Origin: Marsupella aquatica
Lineage: Eukaryota > Plantae > Marchantiophyta
Length of the DNA stretch: 64,000 bases
Assembly (NCBI GenBank): GCA_973895155.1
Contig: OZ316898.1
Location: 20,471,292-20,535,291 of the forward strand
Reading direction: 5' to 3'
The notes beneath the pieces are model-generated. The model was not told the origin of the DNA. It was given only the letters and a program-made list of their open reading frames with translations, and did not search any database. The position numbers and the translations under genes are program-made. Position 1 is the first letter of the stretch. Every line of letters begins with the position of its first letter. Shown here in pieces: positions 53,501 to 64,000 of the stretch.

Positions 53501-53930
53501 GAATGCACTCTTGAATGAGTTATCAATGCCCGATGTCCCTTTGTGGATGTGGATCAGCATAGAGTGCCCTTGGCATATTGCTGCTTTCAATTCATGAGCC
53601 GCAGATCATTTCCAAATGAACATTTTCTAGTCATACTTCCATGATCTGGAGATTGCCCTCTGATGGAGGAACGTTCCTCACACTGCCAGTATCAAACTGT
53701 TAGCTTGGAGGTCGATGAAGCTATCCGTATGTCCTCTTATGCAAGATGGAGGAACGTTGCAAATCGACTCACCCTTTGATAGCTGCGTACTTCTAGGAAA
53801 AATTTGAAGTAGTTCTGGATTCAACGTTCAACTCATTAATGCGCTGGCACTTTTTTAACACTTGCTGTGGTATATTTACATGTGCAGCGATGATAGTGAA
53901 GACAGTGAAGCGGATACCTCAATTGGATGA
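29525..53930 (+). CDS. GCN1: GCN1 / ILITYHIA, eIF2alpha-kinase activator HEAT-repeat protein (~60 coding exons)
   Basis: Exon peptides [114 protein letters not shown] and [12 protein letters not shown], joined by GT-AG introns. ATG at 29525; last exon (S)[13 protein letters not shown] at 53888-53930. Confidence 0.96.
41547..41975 (+). mobile_element. Possible LTR-like fragment inside a GCN1 intron
   Basis: GC-richer block, then TATAAATA (41859) and GGGGAACTCA (41884) as in the LTR-like repeats at 25213 and 27791. Boundaries unclear. Confidence 0.35.
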
Positions 53931-54923
53931 TTCATTGGCTACCTACAGTCGCATAACAGTTTTGAACTTTATATCAGGATGCATCCAACATCTTTAGAAT
54001 GAAATTGCTGTAGTGAAGTTTTAATTTATCGTTTGCAGAAGGGTTAGGCTATCTCGTTTGCAATTCAATTTTGAAAGTTGAGTGTAAGTTTCTTACAATG
54101 TTCATCGTGGTACGGTCTGCGATTCAGTGACCCTAGATATTCTGATGTGTAGTTTGTATTAAGGCATATCTAGGGTCGGGTTAGCAGGGGTGAGTCCGTG
54201 GCTGTTCAATTAGTTTACGGAAATCGATACGGTGGATCAGTGATGCTTTGGCAAATATGCAAGTACTGTACTGTCTTGTTACAGTGACTGACCAACGAAA
54301 GAGGAATTCACTGTAAATCTACCTTTTGTCGCACATGGAGTTCACTGGATTTACACTATCTAATTTGGCAAGGTGACATGGGATATATGACACCTCGCAC
54401 ATGGGATGTATGACAAAGTATTAGTCACTGTTCACGTATTGCCCTTTTAAAAAACTTTGAGCAGCTAACTTCTACCTGAACTATCTCCTTCCATATCCAA
54501 TGGACTGATGTTCCTGAGGAGATTTGGAAAGATGTTTCCAATGGGCCTAATATTGTCAAATCAACTTTTAACTACATTGCCACTAAAGAGGTTGGATATT
54601 CGAAAATCACAGTTTGTTTTATATTAGTAATACTGTCAGTGTTTTGACATACAGATACAGCATGGAAGACAATGGTTAACCATGGGTCAGGCTGTCCTTA
54701 TGACACAAGTCCGTTGGCACTATCCATCCAGTCCTTGCAAGTGCTCTACTCACCCTAACCTAAACTTCTCGAAGCAACTCTCAACACTGTATCCAGCACT
54801 GACAGTTAAGTACTCACTTCCAGCCTTGCCAAAACAGGATGTTATTGCTGAAGATGTTGTGCAGCTGCTTGTCGAGATTGAGGCAGTGATTTGTCTTTGC
54901 TTCGTGAGTCTGGTTGACAATAT

Positions 54924-55041
54924 TGAGATGGCCATTGGAGCTCAAACCTGTCAACAGCAACCTGGAAGACCTTTGCAAATAGTGAGATGGCCATTGGAGC
55001 TCAAACCTGTCAACTGCAACGTGGAAGACCTTTTGCAAATA
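54924..55041. repeat. Tandem duplication, ~59 bp x2
   Basis: TGAGATGGCCATTGGAGCTCAAACCTGTCAAC..GGAAGACCTTT(T)GCAAATA occurs twice. Confidence 0.85.
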
Positions 55042-56386
55042 CAGTAATTTGCAAAGGCCACCAAAGAAGGTCCTGGGCAACTGGAAAGACCCAGGAAGGA
55101 CCTGGAGGATTTGCCCTTTGTTATCATCGTACCAGCAAGACTTTGGTTCCTTATGTTACCAGCATCATTTACAACTAAGATTGTCCATGCCACAAGAATG
55201 TCCTGTTAAATATGTATAGGCACTGATGTGTATCAAGAAAAGCATCGATACCCAACCTTAGCAGTTCATCAACTCCTCAACTAATCTCAGCATGAATCAT
55301 TTTCAGCAAGCAGTGCAACAACAGAAATTTGCATCTACAAAACAAAGCATGCAATCAAGCAAATCAGTGACAAAGACTGTAACTGAGCCTTTCTCATGCT
55401 CATAGGATTGGTTTGTTGCTTAATGCACTGACACACTCGAGACATACAGGAAAACACATATGAAGTGATTCTGGATTGTTTGGATCATGTTAATTCATGG
55501 GTGTTTGTGGACGGCCACGTTCAGCTTCAGAGCTAATTAGACATGTATTGTGGTCATGTGTAATACTTCAATGCTCACTGCAATTGACATTTCTTTCATC
55601 AGAATTGATTCTGTGTTCTCCTGTGGCTCATGTTACCAGTTCAAAATTCAGTCCCTGGGTGAAACCTCATCTGAGTGGCCCTTCCGCCGCGTACCCTATT
55701 TGACATCCTGGGCAACTGAAAGTTGAAACCCACGACAACCTAGATCGAGAACCTAATCAGGGCGTGACACGGTGAACCTTAGTTAACCCAAGCAACCTTG
55801 TACCAAACCGTGGCAGTATTACAATTTCTGGAAATACTGTGGCATTATTTGAATTGCCAACATCTTTAATGGCAATGTAATTAAAAGCTGATTGCCTAAT
55901 TTCACAAAGAATTTAAACTACAAGTTTCCAAAGCTGATTGTCTCGTTTTCTTGTTCACTCTCTGTGGAACATTTACTATATGAGCTCACGAGAGAGTTTC
56001 AGTTTCCCTATGGTCCATCGGGCTTGCAAAAGTCTATCCTACCATTTTGGCAAACATGGAAGTTCATCCAGGCTTCAACTTCCAAGATAAGACCTAAAGT
56101 AATACACCCTAATCTTGGTTTTCCAAACTGTCTAAGAACTGCATGAGCAATGATGATAAACTTCTCTTGCAGACGATAATAATTATTCTCTGCTACAGTT
56201 CTCTTATAAGTGCACACTCCCAGGAAGAAGCATTCAGTGTGCACTACATGATAAGTGCAAAAATGTGGAATTGTGCATTCATGAATAAGAACTACAGTGA
56301 CTCCATGTGACAATGGGCCCCTCTGTTACTGAACATTCTCTGGACTCCCACCCTAAATTGGTAAATCCATGCTCAACATGATCCCC

Positions 56387-56572
56387 TACCCCATTAGTGC
56401 AATTTTCATTTTACAGATAAATGCCATGCACTTTTCATTGAAATTGTGTACCCCATTCGTGCAGTTTTCATTTTACAGATAAATGCCATGCACTTATCAT
56501 TGAAATTGTGTACCCCATTAGTGCAGTTTTCATTGTACAGATAAATGCCATGCACTTATCATTGAAATTGTG
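56387..56572. repeat. Tandem repeat, 62 bp x3
   Basis: TACCCCATT(A/C)GTGCA(A/G)TTTTCATT.TACAGATAAATGCCATGCACTT.TCATTGAAATTGTG at 56387, 56449 and 56511. Confidence 0.92.
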
Positions 56573-57343
56573 CGCGTACTAATAAGTGCTCAATGATAAT
56601 AATGTACACTTATCAAGGGTTTTCACTTATACACGTATCATTTGGCACAAAATATTTGGCATGTTTGCAGCTTGCAAAACTGCAAACTCCACTGAAAAAG
56701 GGAGGAAGGGGACTCCTTGCAGTTATGCAGGGTTCTCACTTATGAAGTGCACTTAGAGAGAGACGACTGTCATGTTGCACGTTCCACACATTGGAGTGTT
56801 TTCCGCTCATGCTCACAAAAGCTCTACAATTTGTACATCACCATCTCGTAATGCTCAAATCCTCACGGCAAGAAACCTAATAATGCGCCACTTCTAGAGC
56901 TTCGTCCTCCTTCACGCACAACAGCAGTGATTGTTGCTCCAAGTCGAGAAGGGTTCCTTGACAAGTTGAGATGCCATGTCTCGAGGAGCATTGCATTTTT
57001 CTGCTTTGAAATCTTTCTCCCGTGCAGTTTCTTCGGTGATGGTGTTCGGACAAAACAGCCAAAGATGCCCTGCGTTGGATTCCAGTGATGTATCATTGTG
57101 TTACTGTACTGTAGGTCCGAATCATTGCTCTAGCCGAGTGTCACACTGCGAGCTAGGCTGATTCGGGCCTCTCTCCCAAAGCTTGCGGCAGATGCATCGG
57201 TTCATTATTGCAGGTGGAGGAGGGGTCCAGGTCTGGCCCTTTGGTGGTGATTGCGTCCGTCTATGAATTGGTATGAATATCGATCCAGCTCCGGAGCAGA
57301 TTGGATTTCGTAAGCACCGAAACTTCGGCCTGCGTTGGCTGAA

Positions 57344-58573
57344 ATGGAGAGAATGGAGAGAAAGGACGGCGGCACGACGGCTCTACCGGACGAGCTCGTG
57401 GAGAGGGTTATAGCAATGATGCCGTTTCCATACATTTTCAAAGCTCGATGTCTATCCAAATTATGGCTGGCCCGGTTCGCATCAATTGCATCCCTAAATG
57501 ATGACGAGACGAGGAAGCGCCTGGCCATCTCGTTTCAGAAGCAGGTGGGAGAGAGGTCCAAGCATTGGGGGACCTTCTACCCTGTCTGTATTGACCAGAT
57601 GCATTCCATCGCTTACGACCGGGAATCTCACAGATGGCAAAGAATGCCATCTCTGAGCTATCTCCCCTGGACCATGGTGAATAGTTCACAAGTGCAGATA
57701 AGAGGAGCTCTCTTGTTGGCCCCTAGTTGGCCGATAGTCAACAGACTCAATAGCATTCGGGGACCCCAGGGATACAATTACTTGCCGGCAGAAAGGAAGG
57801 ACCTCTTCGTGGCCAACATTCTGACTGGGAGCTGGAAGCAGTTACCACCTCGTCCCAAGGTCGCTCAAAGAAGCCAAACGTACATGGTGAAGGACCATGG
57901 TGAAACACTGGTGAGCGATGCTTCATCGGGGACGTACATGGTGATCGCGTTCGGTCGAGATTTTGATGGCTACTTTGCACAGATTTACTATTCCAAATCA
58001 GCTGCCTGGACTACTACGAAGCTTGGCGGTGTATCGGATTACCTCTATCTGCTAAGATCCGCTGCTTATCTCAATGGAGTGCTCTATATGCTGGCAGGCT
58101 CCAACAGGGATTCTTTACTGGCCTTTGACATCGAAGTGGGGACTTGGGAAAAGCTAAGATTGCCAGCGACTGATTTAACCAACGAAGAAAAATCCATTAA
58201 GACCTTGGTGGTTTGCAAGTCTGATTTGATGGTCGTAATGGGATTCGGCTCGGCTCCCCGGGAGGATTTTCATGTGCTGAAGCTTGATCTAGGGTCCCTA
58301 CGGTTGTCGAAGGTGGCCAGACGACCCCCTGTTGCTCTTGCTCTGAGCCTAGGCAGGTTCAACTTTTTCAAAGCTCAATTAGGTCAAGAACCTGTTACTG
58401 ATGGAAGGTGCATCTTCCTAGGGATGGACAAATTCGAGGGAACAATGGTGGAATACGACGTGCATGAAAATGAGTGGAGTTGTTCCAATTTCCCGACCAC
58501 CAATCATGCTAAACGCTATGATTGGGTTGCATCTTGCCTTCAGCCTGGCTCGAACTCCTTTGTAGAAGTCTGA
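57344..58573 (+). CDS. F-box protein with C-terminal beta-propeller/kelch-like interaction region, single exon
   Basis: Intact ~409-aa ORF from the first ATG; F-box LPDELVERVIAMMPFPYIFKARCLSKLW; FVANILTGSWKQLPP, AQIYYSKSAAW, AYLNGVLY and LLAFDIEVGTW motifs. Confidence 0.88.
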   Translation: MERMERKDGGTTALPDELVERVIAMMPFPYIFKARCLSKLWLARFASIASLNDDETRKRLAISFQKQVGERSKHWGTFYPVCIDQMHSIAYDRESHRWQRMPSLSYLPWTMVNSSQVQIRGALLLAPSWPIVNRLNSIRGPQGYNYLPAERKDLFVANILTGSWKQLPPRPKVAQRSQTYMVKDHGETLVSDASSGTYMVIAFGRDFDGYFAQIYYSKSAAWTTTKLGGVSDYLYLLRSAAYLNGVLYMLAGSNRDSLLAFDIEVGTWEKLRLPATDLTNEEKSIKTLVVCKSDLMVVMGFGSAPREDFHVLKLDLGSLRLSKVARRPPVALALSLGRFNFFKAQLGQEPVTDGRCIFLGMDKFEGTMVEYDVHENEWSCSNFPTTNHAKRYDWVASCLQPGSNSFVEV

Positions 58574-58839
58574 GGTCTCAGGATCAATCACACCTGGCTG
58601 CACTCTTTCGTGGAAGGCTTCATTGCTTACAGAGCTGTTTGTATGTATGGGATTAAACCCACATACATCGCCTCTGGTGAACGAAAGACTTCAGCTTGGA
58701 GCAGATACATGGGCCCAAATTCCACCACAAGTTTTAGGTGGGCATTTCTTCAATTCTTGGACTTGTCATGCCTTGTTCATGACAATGTTGGCACAGTTTT
58801 CGTGAAGTTTTCTTCAATTCATGAAGCAGGATGTCTCGT

Positions 58840-58840
58840 A

Positions 58841-58872
<32 letters not shown>

Positions 58873-58882
58873 TAGTAGTAGT
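58840..58882. repeat. (AGT)n microsatellite
   Basis: About 14 AGT units with one interruption. Confidence 0.95.
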
Positions 58883-59400
58883 ACAGGATTTATCAGGCGG
58901 ACAAAGTTTGATCCACAAAGTTTCTGCCAATTATCGGCCCTTGGTCCGAAACCAGACCAAGATTGTTTTGGCGAAGTTGCGTTCGAGTCGAGTCGAAGAC
59001 TCGAAGCAACGTTTCTCGTTGTTACTTGCGAAATGTCAAGCTCTGAAGCTTAGTTGAAAGCCCTCAAGTGGCACAGAGAGATTGGACTATCGTTACATTG
59101 AATTTGGTCGGCACAGTGCAGAGAGTTGCCGATGTCATTTTCTTGTGGAGAAGATTTGTGTTGAAAGGGGAAGAAATAAAGTTCCCATTTCTGATGTTTG
59201 GTCCACTGGGTTTGAAATGTGACGAATATCCGTCTCCTGCTTGTCACTAGAGCTCTCCTCCCCTTGAAACACACCTGAATAAACCTAAACTGGTGACAAA
59301 CTAAATTAACAATGGGTGGAATCCTGGTGCCCTCTCAGAGTCTGTAGCCAACCTACCCATGAATCATAACGGCCTATACTAATTTATGTAGGGTACCCCA

Positions 59401-59903
59401 TCCTCAAGAGGGGGTAATGAGATGTGGTCCTGGAAGGTGGTGAGCCAGGGGTTGACAGCCCATTATCCCAGAGTGGAGATGAGTTCCTCAAGAGGGGTTA
59501 GTGGGATGTAATCCCGGAGGGTGGTGAGCTCCCCATGTGGAGAGGAGTTCCTCAAGAGGGGATAATGGATGTAATCCTGGAGGGTGGTGAGCCTCGACGG
59601 ATGACGGCCCATTATCCCCACGTGGAGATGAGTTCCTCAAGAGGGGTTAATGGGATGTAATCCCGGAGGGTGGTGAGCTCCCCATGTGGAGATGAGTTAC
59701 TCAAGAGGGGGTAATGGGATGTAATCCTGGAGGATGGTGAGCTCCCCACCTGGAGATGAGTTCCTCAAGAGGGGGTAATGGGATGTAATTTTGGAGGGTG
59801 GTGAGCCTCGAGGGGGTGACTACCCATTATCTCCAAGTGGAGATGAGTGGAGGGTGTTGAGCCTGAGGGGGTGACGGCCCAGTATCCCCAAGTGGAGATG
59901 AAT
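59401..59903. repeat. GC-rich minisatellite with long (~85 bp) and short (64 bp) unit variants
   Basis: Units start T(C/A)CTCAAGAGGGG at 59401, 59485, 59549, 59634, 59698 and 59762, followed by a partial unit. Confidence 0.95.
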
Positions 59904-61079
59904 TGCCAAAGTTGTAGGTGAATTGAATTTTTGAAACACTTTTACACTGAAGAAAGGTTTTGTCACTTGCTCCTTTTATTCTCATTCACATTTGGGGATC
60001 CTTGGGCCAGCCTATGCACAGGGTTTAGGGCAGGGCTTAGGGGGAAGGGAACCTCCTGGGGGGAGGTCTTGAGTCCCAGGCTTGGATTGTCTTGGGGGGA
60101 TAAGGATTTGGAGAGGAACTTATTGGGGTACAACCTTTTCTGTGCAATGATTCTGTCCCAACAGGATCCCTTCCCAAACCCTTCTGCCACAACCTTTTCT
60201 GCGCAAGTAATTGCACCCCCATAGGGTCTCTAAAACCTCCCCCTTTTGGCTCTGGTCACCCCAAGCTAAGACTCTAGCACAGCTCGGGTTAGGGATTGAA
60301 CTCTTGAATAGAACTGTCTGGTCTGCTCAAGTGGCCGGGGGTGGCCCGAGGAGGTCCGGATGGATATGTTCCCCTTCAACCTCCTTGTCAAAATTAGTGT
60401 TACTTGGACTCAAAATCACTTTTACTCCCTTTAGGGTTGATGTGGTCCCTTTTCCTGCTCCTATTCTTCATAAGAGCTTGTTACATTATGACTCTCATAG
60501 ACAACTTCTCCAAGTACACATGGGTGTCCTTCTCAAAACATTTAAGCAAAGCACTTCATTGTTTCATGTCATCAGCTTTTAGTTACTTTGCCTATAAAGA
60601 TGTCCAAATTGATGTATTTGTACAAATATGCCACGGTTTCATATGATGACAAGTTTAACAAAGTACCAAGGTGGGAATATATTAAAATCGTAGATTATTT
60701 ATAAATACAATAAAAACAGTGGCAGACTTGTAAATTAGAACATCTTTATTGACAATATAGTTAAATGTTGTTCATGTCCTTCCAGCAGCGGGTTGAGAAT
60801 TCCTTGTCTTCATAGATTGCATGCCTAAAAAGGGACAAAGGAGGTGAATTCATGCAGATTAGTTCAGCAAACTCTGCAGCAACCAGGGATCAACCTATGG
60901 CTCACAAGGGCTCGCATTCCTCATCAAAATGGTGTTGCAGAAAGGGAAAATGGCACCCCCCCAGTGGGAATTAGTTTTGTTTCTCGTTGTCAGTGTTTAT
61001 TTTCATTTCAACAATGTGGATAAAAAAAACCTCTTGTAAAGAGAGAGGACCATGCCAAAGTTCTATAGCATGTCAGTGT

Positions 61080-62584
61080 TTTGGCGAGAGTCGCGGAACT
61101 CAACTACCTTTAACACTTAGCTCCGGCGTCGCTGACTCCGACGCCGAGCTCCCTCATGGTCCAGGCCCGGATAGGCCATCCGGGGAGGACTTAGCATGGG
61201 GAAACTTGTGGGCAATGAGACGTGGCACAAGCGAGGCAAGGAGCCAAGCTGGGGGCACACACTAAGGACTTGGACTAACCGATGGCTGGTCGAGTCAAGG
61301 GGAAATGGGCCGGGCTCAAGGATGGTCATCCGGACCTCCGGATGGACTTTGAGTTCTGAGGGCTTTAGTGTGAGGTCCTCTTGGGCCCAGGGCCAGTGGA
61401 GTTGAAGCCATTGGCAATAGACGTTTGGGGCGCAAGTTGTGGCCCGATCCGGGTTGGGCCGGTCGGGGGCCCCGAGCAGCAATCAGACATGAGGGCCTAG
61501 ACATGAGCACTGGGTCAGCCGGATCACAACGGGCTAAGGCACTCCGCTTGCGGATGCCTATCAAGAAAGTTATGGGCGTTGCCAGTTGGTGGCGCGCCCA
61601 TTATGCGCGATGGGATCCGGGTTGGGGGCCAAATGTTTAGGGACCAAAGCTGGTGCGGGGGTGGCAGGTCTCCAGAAGCATAATGAGGGGAGTGGTGTCT
61701 CCCTGGGGGCTAAGGGCGAGCCGAAGTCGCGAGCCGCGGCCGTCGCAACACTAAGGGAAACTGCCAAACGGAAATTGCGATATCTTCCCAACGGGAAGTT
61801 CGTTGGAGGACTTCTTAGGTGTGTTGAAAAGATCTTGAGGAGGGCTACGCCCTCTTGAGCTCAGCTGGGTCTGGGGGTACCTTGGGTTCTCGGGGTTTGC
61901 GGGTGTTAGCTCGCCCGCTTGCCAAATCCCGTCGAACATCAGCCAAGCCGCGTCCAGTCTCCCAAGGGAGCTTGCGTTGGGGAGGCAAGGCCAAGTAGGT
62001 GTGGAGGTGGAGCCCCAAGAGAGTTCGGCCCCTAGCCCATCAGTAGTGCGAATCATGGGTTGGATTTGGGAGTCGGGGCCATTCTGGTCCCGGCGTGTTG
62101 GGACAAGCTTGGGACAAGCTTTAGGACAAGCTATGCTATTTGGGCCATGAGCATGTCCTGAGGTCAGGGCGGTCAGTTGGTGATGGATAGGTACAAGGGG
62201 GAACCCGGGCCGCGTCTGAGGAAGGAGCTGTTCTGGACGAACAGTGGGCGTGGGTTCTGGTTCCGGCTTATGGCATCGGGAGGACCTATCGCTGACCTAT
62301 TTACCAACGTCTGTTGAGCTTGAGTTAGGATGCTAGACTTGGCGAGTTCCAGATCCAGAGGGGTTACTTACCGAGATGCTTGGTTGCTTGTGGAGACAGT
62401 GAGGACCGTTGAGTAGCGGTCGTGTAGGTGAGCAAGTGCGGCTTCATACGGGAGGGGCCGCTGGTGGTGCAAGGGGCACTAGGATGCTTGCTCAAGATAT
62501 TCCGTGGAGGCGTTCGGGCACCAAGGGCACTTAGACGTGAGTGCTGGGATTGGTGAGGGCGTTGGGTGGCAAGGTCCACCACTG
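61080..62584. repeat. Dispersed GC-rich repeat, copy B (probable transposon remnant)
   Basis: GC-rich block with sharp compositional edges; the 3' ~650 bp is homologous to positions 1-623. Confidence 0.7.
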
Positions 62585-62968
62585 AGAGTCAGGCTCAGCT
62601 TAGAGTAATATGTTGTGCATGATGTATTCAATTTAGTTCATGATTTTTGAGTTCCTTCACACACCTAACCTTCTATCACACCTCCAACTATTTGTAAACA
62701 TTGTGGTCAATGTATACAATTCTAGATGTGATGCATTGTTTCTAGCCGAGGTAGCATGGTAAAGGGCTATTTCAACACTGCACTTGTAGTCAACTGCATT
62801 ATTTAGGCAATGCAATCAAACATCCAACAACTGTCCATAGCAATCTTGGGTTCGGTCTACAATGGTGTCCTTTTGGTTATAAGGACTGAAAATCTTATTA
62901 CAAAAACTTTTGACAAGAAATGGTACATTGATGAGAAATTGAGAGTTTTGGTCTATTGGGAGACAAAC

Positions 62969-63145
62969 TCTGGTCAGGAGGTCTATAAAGTATAAATCTC
63001 ATTCCTTGGAGTTGTTGCTCTAGAACACATAGCTGTTGAACCCACCTGTCAAGGACAAACTTTGGTCAGGAGGTCCACTGAGTATATACGTCATTCCTTG
63101 GAGTAGTTGCTCTAGAACACGTAGCTGTTAAACCTACCTGTGAAG
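62969..63145. repeat. Tandem duplication, ~92 bp x2
   Basis: TGGTCAGGAGGTC...TCATTCCTTGGAGT.GTTGCTCTAGAACAC.TAGCTGTT.AACC.ACCTGT occurs twice. Confidence 0.85.
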
Positions 63146-64000
63146 GAGCTAGATTGCTATGAATGTCCCTTCCCTACTTCCTTCACAGTTAAATGAAGGA
63201 GCTGGCATTAGAATCCAGCAGAATGACTTGGCTACTAAGGCATATTGAAGCTCTACATGGGAGAAACAGCTGCCTGGGCTGAAATGGAGATAAATTCTCT
63301 TTTGACAATGTCAGTACATGAGAAATACATTCTCAAAGTACTTAAGGTGGAAATGTTTTGTTTTCATGAACACTTTTATTCATCAATCGTCAATGTCCGT
63401 GAAGGTTTCCGATACTGGCAGCAATTTGCTTGCTATGATGTTAATTGGCACCATTCAAGGTGCAGAGATTTGTAGATCACCATAGAATCTTGTGAATGGC
63501 TCCTTAACAATGCATTTTGTGACAAATTGTCTGGAAAATCCTGGATCTTGCAACCAAAAAGACACAAAATTTGGGCAATGTTGTCCGGATGGACAAAGCT
63601 TGTGAACGTACCTTGACACCCCTTATACCCTCACTTGTTGACCCTTTTCTTGCTTCCAAAAGTTTCTGTCAAGCAAATTTCTCTCTTGCTATGCAACCAA
63701 ATTGATTTTTGTTGATGTTAGAATCAGTTTTGAAGGATCTTTCCAATGAGATTCATAATTAGAGTCAATTTCATTAAAAATTGAGGGAGCTAGAGATTAC
63801 ACCCTCACTCGCTGGATACTCTTCCTGCTCCCTAAAGCTTTGACCAGAGAACTTTCAGAAGGAGGAAAAGTGTAAGTACATTGGCTTATCTTGGAGAAGT
63901 TGATAGGGCGACTCAAAACTAGTTGGGCAGCTCAAAACTAGTTTAGAAGTAATCGCCCACGGGAAAGTACATTAGTCTGTTAAAAGCTATTGATTGCCTA

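Noticed and set aside
58610-59053. 147-aa ORF with poly-Ser
   Set aside because: Non-ATG start; the poly-Ser comes from the (AGT)n microsatellite in the probable F-box 3' region.
59401-59903. CRISPR array
   Set aside because: The variable segments are related to each other rather than unique spacers; eukaryotic context and no cas genes.
60020-60043. Telomere-like TTTAGGG tract
   Set aside because: Only one perfect unit; compatible with chance.
1-62584. Repeats at both window ends as LTRs of one giant element
   Set aside because: The copies are strongly diverged, enclose intact housekeeping genes, and have no adjacent PBS or PPT.

Overview
Eukaryotic land-plant genomic DNA. Gene content and style suggest a bryophyte such as a liverwort, but that is inference. 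Four apparently intact genes: a 12-exon cluster-II diacylglycerol kinase (-, 2001-6120), an intronless GT92/GALS-like galactosyltransferase (-, 13815-15491), a ~60-exon GCN1/ILITYHIA HEAT-repeat gene (+, 29525-53930) and a single-exon F-box gene (+, 57344-58573). Two pseudogenes: an intron-retaining SPT6 fragment and an NXPE/PC-esterase-like (GDS...DxxH) gene. The most striking element is a complete 374-bp miniature LTR retrotransposon (TRIM, 22794-23167) inserted into the coding frame of the esterase-like gene. It has a 5-bp TSD, an iMet PBS and a PPT, and both LTRs carry a tRNA-like Pol III cassette with A and B boxes. Intergenic DNA contains LTR-like remnants, a dispersed repeat present at both window ends, and several tandem arrays, two with higher-order structure. 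Exon boundaries were read by eye and are approximate unless stated.
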